A stretch of 64,000 nt of DNA, taken from the NCBI GenBank assembly GCA_004764695.1, contig SMSO01000014.1, positions 2,847,648 to 2,911,647 of the forward strand, in the 5' to 3' direction. The notes below the pieces were generated by a model. That model was given only the letters and a program-made list of their open reading frames with translations, was not told the origin of the DNA and did not search any database. A program made the position numbers and the translations under genes. This stretch comes from Schizochytrium sp. TIO01. Its lineage: Eukaryota; Protista; Bigyra: Labyrinthulomycetes. Shown here piece by piece: positions 32,333 through 44,667 of this stretch (within the stretch, counting starts at the first letter, position 1; the number at the start of each line of letters is the position of its first letter).

Positions 32333-33337
32333 CTACAATGCGCGAATTGCGTACTGCAGTGCACACATGCAAATCATGGAGGTAATCATGATAGAGTAGG
32401 TTTTAAGAGGGCCAATTGCTCCCAGTGCTTCAGGTACAAGGTCGAAACCAACGACCATGAACATGGCACTTGCAGCAAATCCAAATCCAATGGGAATGAT
32501 ACATGAGAATGCCTCTACAAACATGAACGCAGGGACAGCCATAATGGGCTGCGGGACACTTGATAGGATGCACATGAGCGCAGTTGCAACCCATGAAAAC
32601 CCACGCGGGATGAGAACTACAGCGACCGCAATCCCCTCAGGAATATTATGCAAAGCAAGGGAAAGGCTGACCACTGAGCCCATAGTCTCGGTACGAAAAG
32701 CAACACCGATACCAACGCCCTCAGCGAATGCATGAACAGTCATTGCAGTCATAATGACTAGTGCCCTCTGCCAGCTTTTGGCTTCTGCGAGATCAACAGC
32801 CTCCTTATCAGTGAGCATACGTTCGGAAAGCCTCATAAACCCTGCGCCAAGGTACATGCCAATGAGGACCTTAATTGACGGCTCAAATATAGTGTCTGGT
32901 GTAGTTGGCTCCATCAGACCCTCCGCAAGGAGGCCGAGGGATGCGGCGGCCATAACTCCAGCTGCTAGGGCATTTCCTACTGCAGCAACGCTTTCTGATT
33001 CCTTAATGAAGAAGAAGGGAACAATACCCAAAGCTGAGCAAGCTGCAGTTGTCCAAGCAGAGCTCCAAACAAGCAGAACGCCTTCAGTGTCTTCTCTCTG
33101 GAGAGCATTTACGCTGTGTACAGTCAAAAGTGCAACAAAAGAGAGGAGGAAAAATTGCCAAGCGAGATCAAGTGCGGAGCTATTCTTGCCTTGTTGCTGA
33201 TCATCAGGACCAGCTTTGAGTTCTGGCTTCTTGAAGTCCTTCAGCTCCATAGTTGACTCAAGGACAAAAGGCAGCTCCAGGTCCTGGGGGTTAGGAAGGT
33301 CACGAACACCTTCGTGTGCATGTTTGAGGTCCACCAT
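32333..33337 (-). CDS. ZIP-family (ZupT/GufA/ZIP11-like) metal transporter, copy 1
   Basis: HAFAEGVGIGV, LHNIPEG and SSVPQP; multiple TM segments. Confidence 0.92.
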   Translation of the reverse strand: MVDLKHAHEGVRDLPNPQDLELPFVLESTMELKDFKKPELKAGPDDQQQGKNSSALDLAWQFFLLSFVALLTVHSVNALQREDTEGVLLVWSSAWTTAACSALGIVPFFFIKESESVAAVGNALAAGVMAAASLGLLAEGLMEPTTPDTIFEPSIKVLIGMYLGAGFMRLSERMLTDKEAVDLAEAKSWQRALVIMTAMTVHAFAEGVGIGVAFRTETMGSVVSLSLALHNIPEGIAVAVVLIPRGFSWVATALMCILSSVPQPIMAVPAFMFVEAFSCIIPIGFGFAASAMFMVVGFDLVPEALGAIGPLKTYSIMITSMICMCALQYAIRAL

Positions 33338-35680
33338 CCTAGAGTTTGGTTTGAGAGAGCGAGAAGTTCCTGTGTAAGTTTTGATGGCCGTTCTAAGAGG
33401 CCTCAGATCGAAATAGGGGTCTTTCCGAGTATGACAAGAACTTTCGTCAAAGGCTCGAGTTTGCGTTCACCTCAACAGCACGTGGTCTCTGCCTCGCGCG
33501 CCGGGTAATGTAGCAATGAAGCCAACACCTGTACCGAGCCGCACGGTCTGACTGTTATGGTCTAAGGCGCAGGGCAAGGAGTGCCAAAGAGTCGATCTGC
33601 ACTGTTCTAACTCGTGGCAGTCGGCCGTACCCGAGTACGCAAGTATATGCCCCACAAACCTCGCAGGGCGTCGTAAAGAACCTCAATGAATGAAAGAGAG
33701 CGTGCAGCAGGAGTAGGGCACCGGCGAGCACTTCGTCCGGCGCGGGACACAGTCTCCGGCGCAAATTCGAGTTTGTTGGCCTGGCCTGGCCTCAAAAGTT
33801 GTAAGAAAGCCACTGTTGCGGCATCTATATTTATGTTAGCTAACCCTTAGCTTAGCTTTACTAGTACGTAGATAGGCGGTGTTATGATTTTTTTTATTTA
33901 CACTTCTTTTTTAAATATTAAAATTAAAAACACAAAACATCCTTCAAGTTCAAAATTGTTTACTCAGCTATTAATAATAAGAATAATAATAAGAATAATA
34001 ATGCAAAAAAAGTGTTCCATAAAGAAAGAAATAACAATAAACAATACTAAACAATACTAAAATGACTTGGCTGTACTGTGTATAAACACCCAAAATCGAT
34101 GATTATGGCGTCCTGAGCTTTAGTAAGGCAGAAGACAGTCTCGATCCCAAGCGGAGTTCTGACAATTCAAGATCCTCCATTGTTCGATCTGAATCGGGCA
34201 GCCGCCAGGCGATGAGACCTCACCTTTGAGGTGCGAATCACTGGCCAAGACTGCTGATGAGCTAGCGTCTTCTTCTTCTTCTTCTTGGAAACACACGAGG
34301 ATCATCGAGATTACAATTTTATAATCCTCGTTCTTCTTTGAGCTGAGACGGTCGTCGTTCATGGTAAGCAAAGGTGCGATTGCGCGAATAAAGTTCAAGA
34401 GACCCGCCTTGAAATCATGAAATCATGAAATCATGAAACCATCCAATCATAAAACCATCCAATCACGAATCGTCAATCGAACTGCACCGGACTTCCCAGG
34501 ATCCTCGCGAGCAAGCAGCCGCGGTCCCCTTCCAATGCCGTGACGCATTCGCAGCAGCTTCCACGCCATCATGGAGCGTCTGCTTCAGCACTGCACTCGC
34601 TCCGCTTCACTTCGCTGTTTCACACAACACTCCATTCGTTCATGCTAAAAACACCGAATTAGGAGGAGTCAAATGATTTTATTTATAGTGATAAAGCTCA
34701 GCTCAGCTATTAACATTCTGCTACTTTACCTTTCTAAATAAAGTTTCCAAGTCGATTGTAGGTACGGTATGAAAAAACCTTCTTGAAGAGGAAAGCAGCA
34801 TTCTTCAGCACTACCTCTCCGTCGTCATCTTCACCAAGTACCTATGTCCTACGAGCTAATTCCTCCTCTCGAGCTTTGGCCTTCTTCTTCTTCGATCTTG
34901 AGGTGCCTGACTAAGACGGTTTAAGCCCTCGTGGCGCTCTCTCGCTCGATATCTGCAGTGTTTTTGCACGTGTATCGAGAGTTTGAGTACGCGCGATGTC
35001 TTTGGTTTCTGTTGATAGAAAGCATCCCTGCACCCCAAATCAGAGTTTAAAGTTCATTATGCTAAGTGTAGAGAAGCCACGGAGCGAAACCAAAACCTGA
35101 GTTTTCTTATATTTTAATGATCATCATAATCATCGATGGCGGTAACTCCAAAGTTTCAATAACCTTGGTTTTTGTTTATTTACATATCATATTGATGATT
35201 TGTTCTTTATTTATTTATTTATTCAACTTGAACTTGAACTTTACTTTTAATTTAAAAAATAAAATTAAACTAACTATAAACTAACTATAAACTAAATGAA
35301 CCTAATACATGGCCGTCTCTTTCTTTCTCTTCCGTCCTAACAGCTCTTTCCACCTTTGACCAGTGGCGCAAGTGCACCTTTGGCGCGAGCGCAAGTGGAA
35401 CAAAATAAATACTCCATAGTAACCGGTTCCCGCAAAGTGAAGAATGCGGTGAAAGGGCCATTTGCAGCGTCCCCGTTGCGCCAGAGTTGCCGCCGGCTTC
35501 CGCCACACGCCGCCCGTGATGGCCGCGTCCCAAGCAGGCCATGGCGTCCTCACGAGATGGACGTTATCCTCGCTCCAAACGCCATCTCCTCGCGGCCTCA
35601 ATGGGTGTTTGCCCTGACATCGAAGAATGAATGACGCTCCAATCTGCGACGAAGTTTCGCCAAACTTTTCAGGTACAGCT

Positions 35681-35735
35681 CATTCATTCATTCATTCATT
35701 CATTCATTCATTCATTCATTCATTCATTCATCCAT
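35681..35735 (+). repeat. (CATT)n microsatellite; a second tract at 35848-35870
   Basis: Direct reading of tandem CATT units. Confidence 0.9.
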
Positions 35736-38354
35736 TCCACTCATCTCTCGCGCATTTTAAGTTGGGAAAGAGCTTTCGCCGTGCGCCAGTAAGACTATGG
35801 TAAAGCTTAGGAGGCGGCCCGGGAGGAAAAACTGCGATTGGTCCGCTCATTCATTCATTCATTCATTCATCTACATACTTTTTATATTAAATTAAAAAAA
35901 TAATATAATATATATATATATAAAAGAAGGTGGAAAGTGCCGCCATATTGCCACCTCTGCAGTAGCTGGGCCCTAGCAGGTGCTAGTGTCGTGCTTTGGC
36001 ACCGTTACAAATGCCGAGAAAAGCAGAAGCGCATGAAAGCACGTGCACTGCGGATGTCCAACGTCCCAGAGCTCGAAAGGCCTTCCTAAAACTCTGGGGA
36101 GAGATGGCCCAAACGGACGTGCATCAAAAGCAGAGTAGGCACCTACAGCCGTCTTCGCGACCCTCGCTCCGGCCGGAGGCGGTTTATCTCAAAAACGCGC
36201 TCTTAATCTCGCTTTGTTAGGAAGTAAGCGAGGCATGCATGAAAATACGCGCTGATGGCAGCTTTGGCGTGCAGCAGGAGCGCCCCTTAACTGCGAGAAC
36301 GACGTGCAGGATTTGCTTGAGGCTTTAAACCTGATGAATGCCTACCTGCCCAGACTGCGAGCGGCGTAGACCTGGAGAGAAATTCGCGCACACAGAGATG
36401 CCTGTTCATCAGAGTTTTGGCATGCGTGAGCAAACGGCGCTCAACGATAAAGTTTGGCTGTGCGGAATCTGTATTGCGAGCAAGTAGAAGCTGGTACTTT
36501 GACGAGACTAGATTTTTTCACGAATTAAGAGTCAAGAGAGAAGCCGCAGGGCTGTTGAAGCAGAATTCATGCCTGGGTACATCTGAGCGGATCAAATCAT
36601 GGCTTTGCAGTTAACTTGGGTTCCAGTAATATCAAAGTTAGAAAATGTTGAAGAGACTTGGGCTTATGCGGGAAGAATCACGTCGGACAATGCAACTACA
36701 TTGGTGGCATGGGCCTCCTCCACACATGTGCTTGGCGATGATATCTTTTCGCTTGCAAGGCTCAAGCAGATTGATGATTGATTTAAGAATATACTGCTTT
36801 CTTCGTTTTTCTTTTTTCTTTTCACCTGGGAACTCGAAAAAAAAATCTTATTTTAAAGAAAAAGAAAAAAGAAAAAAGGGGAAGCAAGGGATTGTGGTTC
36901 GGAGGGAAGATTCAAGAGTGATTCAGGGCTCTTGGAGATTCCCTCACGCAGCACACGCATATATGGACCCTGCTTGATGCTGACGAAAAGTCAAGTATTG
37001 TATGATGCTTCGGATTGTGCAACAACCATCAAGTTTGTTGCCACAGAAGCTATATTTAAAGCGGGAATGACTTTAAAAAAGTAAAAGGGCCCAAGGTAAT
37101 GTAACTTAAATCTACCTAGTACATAGGCACTGCAATTGAACATACATGAACCACAGAAACGTATAGTACCATGTCGAAAAGATTATAAATGCAAGGTGCT
37201 TGGGAGATGTTGTATATAGATATTGATGCATATCGAAGTGAACGAGTTTAATTTCTATATCTAATCAAATAAGCAGGAAACATGTACCTAGTATACGTCG
37301 ATATATATCTCCTGATGCAGAATATTTGTTCATAGACTAACCCACAATGTTGCCTCATTGAATTCTGCAAAGCCAGACAAGTCTTAATTAGCAATAGCAG
37401 AGCTTAGCCATGACAAATAAATAAATATATATCCTCCATTACACCAACTTACACAGCATTATTCAACCTAGGCCTCTACTGCAGCTCTAGTTTCCCGGGT
37501 AATTTGTGAAGTATAAATCGATTAACAAGTAATTTTTGACCTGTAACTCATAAAATGTAGAACATCTTTAACTAAGAAGACACCCGGTTAAACATTGCTT
37601 GCAATTATCACCACCCTCGCTCATCGGCGTTGCGGTCATCTCATTACCCAAATGGTTAGAATTATTATCCCCATGAAGAGGCGCTGATACACACTTGGAC
37701 GCTGAGATGCCTAATTTTTCCTCTAGGCCTGGTCATTTCCTACTGGCGGGGACGGGGGTGTATCATTTCTAACTTGGCAGCATCCAAAGTACTAAGTCTA
37801 TATCTAACTTCTCGAGCCATGACCGACCCTAGTAGTCCAATGTCTCGCGAGCCCAGAACTGTGTTACCCTTCTACTTACAGATATCAGTGTCTATATAGT
37901 ATCCAGGAGAGATCGATGAAGAGACACGCCAGCCTTGCAGTTCGCAATGACACAAAAGCTGCTCGGAGATCACGTCAGAGCTACCATGGTACTACTCTTT
38001 TCTTTTTTTTTCTTTTCTTTTCTTTTCTTTTTTCTTTAATTAAAATAAAATAATGAATCTCTAGTTAATAGTGGTAGGTAGTCAGTATTAACATTCATAC
38101 CTTAGGACCTTAGCAGAAAGATCTCAACGAGAAGATCAAACCAACCTACCCTCACCTAGTCCGAAATATCAGAAGAACGTATTCTTGACGAGTATTCTTT
38201 GAACCTACAAGGCAGCTAAACTGTATCAGAGATTGTGCGTGCCAGAGCAAAGCGCCACGGGTAGACTTTGGTGGCAGGCGCTAAACCCCCGAACAATACT
38301 GTCACTTTCCTTTGCTCGCGTTTTGGTTAGTCTCGTTCTACTTGGGCCAACAAA

Positions 38355-39857
38355 ATGGTGGATTCCTCAGCACCCACGCAAGGAAAGGAGGTTGTAGTAG
38401 TGGGTGGCGGGATAATCGGCACGTGCACAGCACATGCGCTTCGAGAAGCTGGATTTCGCGTAGCAGTTCTTGAAGCCCGTGAAAATGTAGCCTTAGAGAC
38501 GAGCTACGCGAACGCAGGAAGGTTTTGTCCAACTTTGGTGGCATCATACCCGCTGTCAAAGCCTGAAATTCTACAAGAATTCATGTCTCTGCGAGGGCTC
38601 TGGCGCATGTTCTGGGGTTCATCGAAGCAGGACGCGATCATCGTCGAAGCAACCAAAATTAAACCGACAGGTTCTCTGCCATCCTCTGTTGAACCTACAC
38701 AAGACCTCTTGCAATGGGGTGCAATCTTTCTCCGCAACTGCACTACAGCGCGCCATGACTGCAATAACAAAATATTTCGTAAGCTTGCGCACCTATGTCA
38801 GGATGCCACAGCTGCTCTTATTGAGCAATTCCCTGGCAAGGGATCTAGTATCGACCTTCGCGCAGATAATGTGTGGGTCTATGGCTCAGAGGAAAGCGTA
38901 GACAAGGCTGTAACCTTGATGCAAAAATCAAGCGGAAGTGGATTCAACCGCTGGACTGAACTTTCATGTGATGAATGTGCACTTGCATACCCATTTCTCA
39001 ATACATATTTTTCTAAAATGAAAAAGGAAGAACTCAAACCAGGATGTGTCCTTGCCCATGATGATTACACTGCGGATGCTCAAAAGTTTACCAACCAAGT
39101 CAAGCTCCTTTGCGAAAAGGGCCCAAATCCGGTACGCTTTTGGTTCGGCCAGCGCCTACAAAGCGTTATACAAACCCCAGCAGGCCGCGTACAGCTAATA
39201 GTTACCCAAGGGGATGGAGCTTATTCTACCACCATGGAGGTAGACCATGTCGTTCTGTGTTGCGGCCCAAGCACTAACAAGACTCTGGCATCTCTTGGAA
39301 TGCCAGCTTTACCTATTCTTGGTCTTCGAGGTGCGTCTGTTGATCTGTATGGTGTCAAGAATGCCCCTAAAGCAAGTATTGCAGACTATGTTAGTGGGCC
39401 TCTCAATTTTCAAGTCACCCCCCTCGGAAACGGTGCCGTGCGCCTAATTGGATTTTCAGACTTTGTAAAAGATGGGGCCGAGCCTGCATCTCCGGAGCAG
39501 CTACAGCGTTACGAGACCGCGCTTATTGCTCGCTCACGTTCGATTTTCCCGGAAATGACTTGGACGTCGAAACGCCAGGCGTGGTCTGGAGTACGCCCAA
39601 CAACGCCTGATTCACTACCCATTATTGGGCGCTTGCCCGGCACAGTCGAAAACATATGGATCAATACTGGGCATGGGCCGGTTGGCTGGACTATGGCTGC
39701 AGGTTCCGCTCGCATTCTGGCGCACCAAATCGCTCTTACTGAATCAGAATCTCCGCAAATTCATCGCGATTTGAGACGCTACGGTCTTGATAATGCTTCT
39801 GCCTTTTCTCCAGACCGCTTCTCGCAATGGAATCTCACTTTTACAAAATCCTCTTGA
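38355..39857 (+). CDS. dadA: FAD-dependent D-amino acid dehydrogenase-like oxidoreductase (DadA/DAO family)
   Basis: VVVVGGGIIG, ALETSYANAG, WSGVRPTTPDSLPIIG and NTGHGPVGWTMAAGSA. Confidence 0.85.
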   Translation: MVDSSAPTQGKEVVVVGGGIIGTCTAHALREAGFRVAVLEARENVALETSYANAGRFCPTLVASYPLSKPEILQEFMSLRGLWRMFWGSSKQDAIIVEATKIKPTGSLPSSVEPTQDLLQWGAIFLRNCTTARHDCNNKIFRKLAHLCQDATAALIEQFPGKGSSIDLRADNVWVYGSEESVDKAVTLMQKSSGSGFNRWTELSCDECALAYPFLNTYFSKMKKEELKPGCVLAHDDYTADAQKFTNQVKLLCEKGPNPVRFWFGQRLQSVIQTPAGRVQLIVTQGDGAYSTTMEVDHVVLCCGPSTNKTLASLGMPALPILGLRGASVDLYGVKNAPKASIADYVSGPLNFQVTPLGNGAVRLIGFSDFVKDGAEPASPEQLQRYETALIARSRSIFPEMTWTSKRQAWSGVRPTTPDSLPIIGRLPGTVENIWINTGHGPVGWTMAAGSARILAHQIALTESESPQIHRDLRRYGLDNASAFSPDRFSQWNLTFTKSS

Positions 39858-40958
39858 TAACTCTTTCCTTTTTAGAATTGTAGGTACATCAATACTTTTG
39901 CTTTGAGTGTTATTTTGTATCTTGTTTTTAAAATGCTTCCAAGGCGCACTTTATTCTGAAGCTGCATGAAGCTACGAAGCGCATTGTCCTTCTTGATTCT
40001 AGTACTTCTCTTGCGTTGTCAAAAGTTGGCCTTCTTTCATATGAATTTAGCTGACATTAAATATGGAGAACGATGAGTTTGTCTTCAGTCTCAATCTTTT
40101 GAGTAAAACTCTCCTCAAGGATATCTAGCGAAAGGGGCAATATGCTGCAGGCAAACCTAAGTGCATTCAAGTTTCTGCTTAATATAGTTTATTGTCTTCA
40201 GGACACAGCCTGGATTATATGTTATTAGTGCAAGGATATATCGAGAAGATACTTTTCATGCGGGCAGTAGTCAGTATGCGCATCTCGTATGAATGCTTTG
40301 GCGTGTCCCATAGACGCCAATACCTCTTAATTTAGAGCGACCTTAGCCAAGGTGTATAAAAAGCTTCATACCAAGAACATATTTATTTTGCAAAGCCATG
40401 GCGATTGTTGAGTAGTTTTCCACGCCATGATGACCTTAGCGATGGATTTAGTTTCTACGAGTTGTGACTTGGTGCAAGTGATAGCTCGATTTTGATAAAA
40501 TGTCTTAATCAGAATCACATTTCTTAGCGTATGCGGAGTTTGGACGTGCATGGCAGACGGTTCCATGCTACATGCCAGCTATCTCACCAAAACTCAAAAT
40601 TGTTATCCACGTGCTGACAAAATTGTGTCCAGCGCAATACATGTTCTAAGGTGGCTTACAATCAATACCCAGGCTATTAAGCACTATGCTTAAACAGACG
40701 ATGTCAGGCTAACGCTAATATATCACTCGGACAACACTGAGAGAGATCATGAACACAAGAATTTTATCATGGCTTCTTTTCGTTCATGTCATACTTTAAG
40801 GGGTCAAAAGTGTTGTCTCTCAGGAAGGTGAGTTTCTATCACAGGTTCAATTAAAGTCCATTCATTACTTGTCATTTAAGATGTGCGCGATGTAAAGAAA
40901 AAGGATTTACTGAATCAAAATAAAGTCATGATGGAAGCAGTTACTGTAACTTGACGAT

Positions 40959-42089
40959 TTACATAGTGTGATCTCGCAATGCCATCTGCGTGCAACCCAT
41001 GGCAACCATTGCACAGCCCATGATGGTATGGGCTTCGAGAGGCGAAAGCTTTTCCTTGGCTTCACTCAGGAGTTCAAAGAGAGACACAAATCCCATTGCT
41101 CCAGCTGAAAACCCAAAACCAATCGGTGTGATGAAGCGGAAATAGTCAACAAAGATATATGCTGGAACAGCCATTAAGGGCTGAGGCAGACTTGAAAAAA
41201 TACACCACAATGCAGTAGCGAGCAGGGAGAAGCCACGTGGAATGAGAACGATAGCGACTGCAATACCCTCTGGAATATTGTGAACAGCAAGGGTTGCAGA
41301 GATGAAGCCACCAAGCGTCTGGGAATGATACGAAACGCCAATTCCCACACCCTCAGTGAAAGAATGCAAGGTCATCACAGCCATAATAACCATGGCTCGC
41401 TTCATATCAAATTCTTCGATCTCGCGATCTGCAATATCCTGAAGGGCCTCTGTAGGGTCTCCCTTTTCCTCGACAATGTGGCTTGACAGCTTCACAAAAC
41501 CTACACCAAGCGATGCACCAATGAGTACTCGAACAGCTGGATAGAAGACTGTGTCAGAAGTTGTGGACTCCAAGCAACCTTCAATGATAAGGCCTAGTGC
41601 GGCAGCCATCATCATGCCAGCTGCTACAGCATTACAGACAGCAATGAGTCGCGGGCTGAGTTCATTGACAAGAACAAAAGGAATAGCTCCTAAGCCAGTG
41701 GCAGCTGCAGTGATCCAGCCCGAGCTCCAAACAACACCTATAGACTCCCACATCGGCGCTTTCTGAAGATTAAATTCGCCATGTTGAGCTCCTACAGTAG
41801 AGCTGAGAAAGTAAAATGCATGAGCTGTCAATAGTATTGCTCCTGTGAGCAGGCCAACCTGGCGAGCTTTTGTGAGATGCTCATTGAAGTTCGTACCACT
41901 GCTTTCCCGAATTAGTTTGATTTTACCATCCTTTGAATTTGCCGACGCAGGGCTTGCTTTGCGTGATTTTCGCTCCTGAGGTTTCCGTTTGGTATCTACA
42001 ACCTGAGACTGCAATTTGTTGCCACGGTGAGAGATCGTTGACCTTGAATCTGGGTTCATGTCTGTATGAGTACCTCGAGATGTAGCCAT
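40959..42089 (-). CDS. ZIP-family (ZupT/ZIP11-like) metal transporter, copy 2
   Basis: HSFTEGVGIGV, VHNIPEG and SSLPQP; colinear with copy 1. Confidence 0.92.
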   Translation of the reverse strand: MATSRGTHTDMNPDSRSTISHRGNKLQSQVVDTKRKPQERKSRKASPASANSKDGKIKLIRESSGTNFNEHLTKARQVGLLTGAILLTAHAFYFLSSTVGAQHGEFNLQKAPMWESIGVVWSSGWITAAATGLGAIPFVLVNELSPRLIAVCNAVAAGMMMAAALGLIIEGCLESTTSDTVFYPAVRVLIGASLGVGFVKLSSHIVEEKGDPTEALQDIADREIEEFDMKRAMVIMAVMTLHSFTEGVGIGVSYHSQTLGGFISATLAVHNIPEGIAVAIVLIPRGFSLLATALWCIFSSLPQPLMAVPAYIFVDYFRFITPIGFGFSAGAMGFVSLFELLSEAKEKLSPLEAHTIMGCAMVAMGCTQMALRDHTM

Positions 42090-44667
42090 TTTATTCCCAC
42101 CAATAGTAAAAGCGGCAGCTTCGCTCCACCTGATTTGGTCTCAGCAAGCCTAAGAGGGGCTTTCTCGCAAGATAAGATTGATCTGAGCTAGGCCCAGACG
42201 GCTCTTCTCGTTACTAAGAAGCCCTCTTGGACTTGTGTGACAACCCAAAGATTACCAAAACGTTTTCTTTTCCACCAGTAGAACCTCGATTGCAAGTCCT
42301 TTTAAAGTCTTCACTTAGAAGTAATAGCCAATCCTAGTTTGGGCTCGGAGAGCTTGGCAAACTGCTCGCTGGATGGGCCGATCTTGGACCAATCGCGCCT
42401 CTCCGACCCGCCCTGCGGAGTTGGAGAGACGGCCTCGGCGTCTCCTTTACTCGCAGATATAGTCTACCTCAGCCTTGCTTTTCTTTGTCTAGGGGAGCTC
42501 AATGAGGTTGCGCCGCAGAGATTGTGATCAGCGGATTTGTCTCAAATGGGGTCTCGCGAATCCCACCTTGAGAAGAATTCACATTCATATTGTCTCCTTT
42601 TCCAGATTTGGCGGCAAATGAGAAAATCAAAGATTAGCCAATGAAAAATCAATTTAATTCTAATTGTTAATCCATTGTCCTAAGTCTACAGAACCAGGAT
42701 AGAAAAGAAAGTCTTATCGAGCGCTTGGCTGGTGAAGCTTTTCAAAGAGCTTTAAGACGCTGCAGCCCGGAGACTCGAACTTGAGGGCTATGGATCATGG
42801 ACCGCTTAAATCTAGCAAAAATGGAGCCTGGGGAAGTTGTTGTTGGGTACGAATTAATTGATTAATTTACACGTGGAGGAGCTTTAACTAGGGGTGCATG
42901 GTCGAATCGATTAAGAGACATTTGACCACCGAGGGTCAGGAGGTATAGTGTCAACTGTGGCACATGATGACCAGAATGGTGGTAAGGAGAGAAAACTGCC
43001 GGCCTGAACATGTTGGCTTGCTTGCTGGCTTGCTTGTTTACTCATCCTTGCCGTAGGTAGATCAAATGCAAAAGATTGTAAAACCAAAAATAAGACCACT
43101 ACTGCTGATGTTAGCCTGATAGGTAGAACCTACTGAATAATCTTGGTTGAAGCCTTGAAGTTAATTTAATTGAACCGCCTTAGAGCGTGTTTGATGGAGG
43201 TAGGCATTATGGCTTAGCAGGTAGCAAGACACATCGTCTTTGCTCCCTAGCTTGCTTGCATAAAGAGTTCACTGCCCATGTAGAGGACAACGAGAAAAAG
43301 CAGAAACTCTGAGCAGTTTAAGACTGCTCATTCACACAGGTCATTTGTGACAAACTTGTCTTCGTATCAGATGCTCGAAGGTGTTCAAGATGAACTGATT
43401 CCGTGAGATAGGCTTTGGGATGGAAGACATTACCAGTACACAATGCTTTTGAACAACAAATTCCCGCTCCTCTTCCATGTGGTATCCTCTCCTTGAAGGC
43501 TTTTTCCAAAGAAAGTACTCCTGGCACAAGCAAAAGTCCCTTGCTTCCTGCTGCCAGGCTGGTCGATCAACTGGATGGTTAGGAACGTGTTTCGGTCATA
43601 TTGATACGCTTACTACCAGGCCTGATTCTGAATGCCGCGAACCTGAAGAAGCAGGGGAAGCTTCAAGTTGTTGGCGTATATGCTTTGCGTTAGATTTTGT
43701 GATCTTTGAGCTGGTGCTTCTTCGAGTCTAATTACATACCAAAGTCGATTCCTAAGCAGACCGTACCCTTCGAGCAGGAACCAGAAACACTTTTACAGGT
43801 TGATTTTGCATCTAGCTAGGTATTAGTTGAAGCATCCAACTAGTTGAACGAGGAATTAATGACTCTAATCTCGTTTTGATTCACTCCGGTTTCCAATGAT
43901 TTTGCACACATCTGTTACTCTTCATTACATGTTCGTCTCCAAGTCTGTGCAGGTGAAATGCTACGTCTTTCGCCTGCACGATGATTCAAGATAGACATCA
44001 CACCTTTAAAAGGCTTTCCGCTACCTCCACCAAATGCGATGCGGCAGTGCGTAGATTATGTATCGAATTGCGATTGCTTTGGATCGAATGCGAGGCGGGC
44101 TTTGAGCATTCAAGTTGTTCCCAGATAATTCTATCGTCTTCGTCATAGCGGAGTGAGTTGAAACTCTGCGAAAGCCTCGAGTCAACGGATTAAGGAGAAT
44201 TCGAAACCCGTCCATCAACAGAGACTGAAATCGTAAAGTGTTCCCTTGAACATCGTTTTCACGGACTGAGGTCAATGTCGTCATTCCCTGCGAAGTTATT
44301 CTAACTCATTGCTGTAAAAACTGTTTCTTTTGCTTCTCTCCTGTTACCTACTACCACCTCTATGTAGCACTAGTACTGACATTGTACCTTGAGTGGTGTC
44401 AAAATTTCTGACAATAGCCTACGTAGTAATAATACAGCAATTCCGCTTCTTTTGGTCTGCGGCGCCCTCTGTGGGTGCCTCTCAAGCAAGACGCGACCGA
44501 GGACGAACACAAGCGGCCAAGCGCCGCAAGCTACTTCTGACCGAGGTGCGGTGCCAGCTCCGTTTTCACCAAACCGCGTTGGGGCCTCCTTTACCTCTGT
44601 CTCGTCCTTGTCTCCAGCACCGTTCTTGGCGTCATCGACCTCCAGCACCGTGTCCCCGAAAGCCGCG

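Noticed and set aside
34095-34165. C/D-box-like words (CGATGA...CTGA...CTGA)
   Set aside because: Imperfect box C and no recognisable rRNA complement or terminal stem.
34411-34466. Short tandem repeats (GAAATCAT)x3 and AAACCATCCAATCA x2 as a CRISPR-like array
   Set aside because: No spacers and too short; simple tandem duplications.
43318-43731. Cluster of 60-85 aa ORFs between ZIP copy 2 and the voltage-sensor-like gene
   Set aside because: No motif recognised in any frame.
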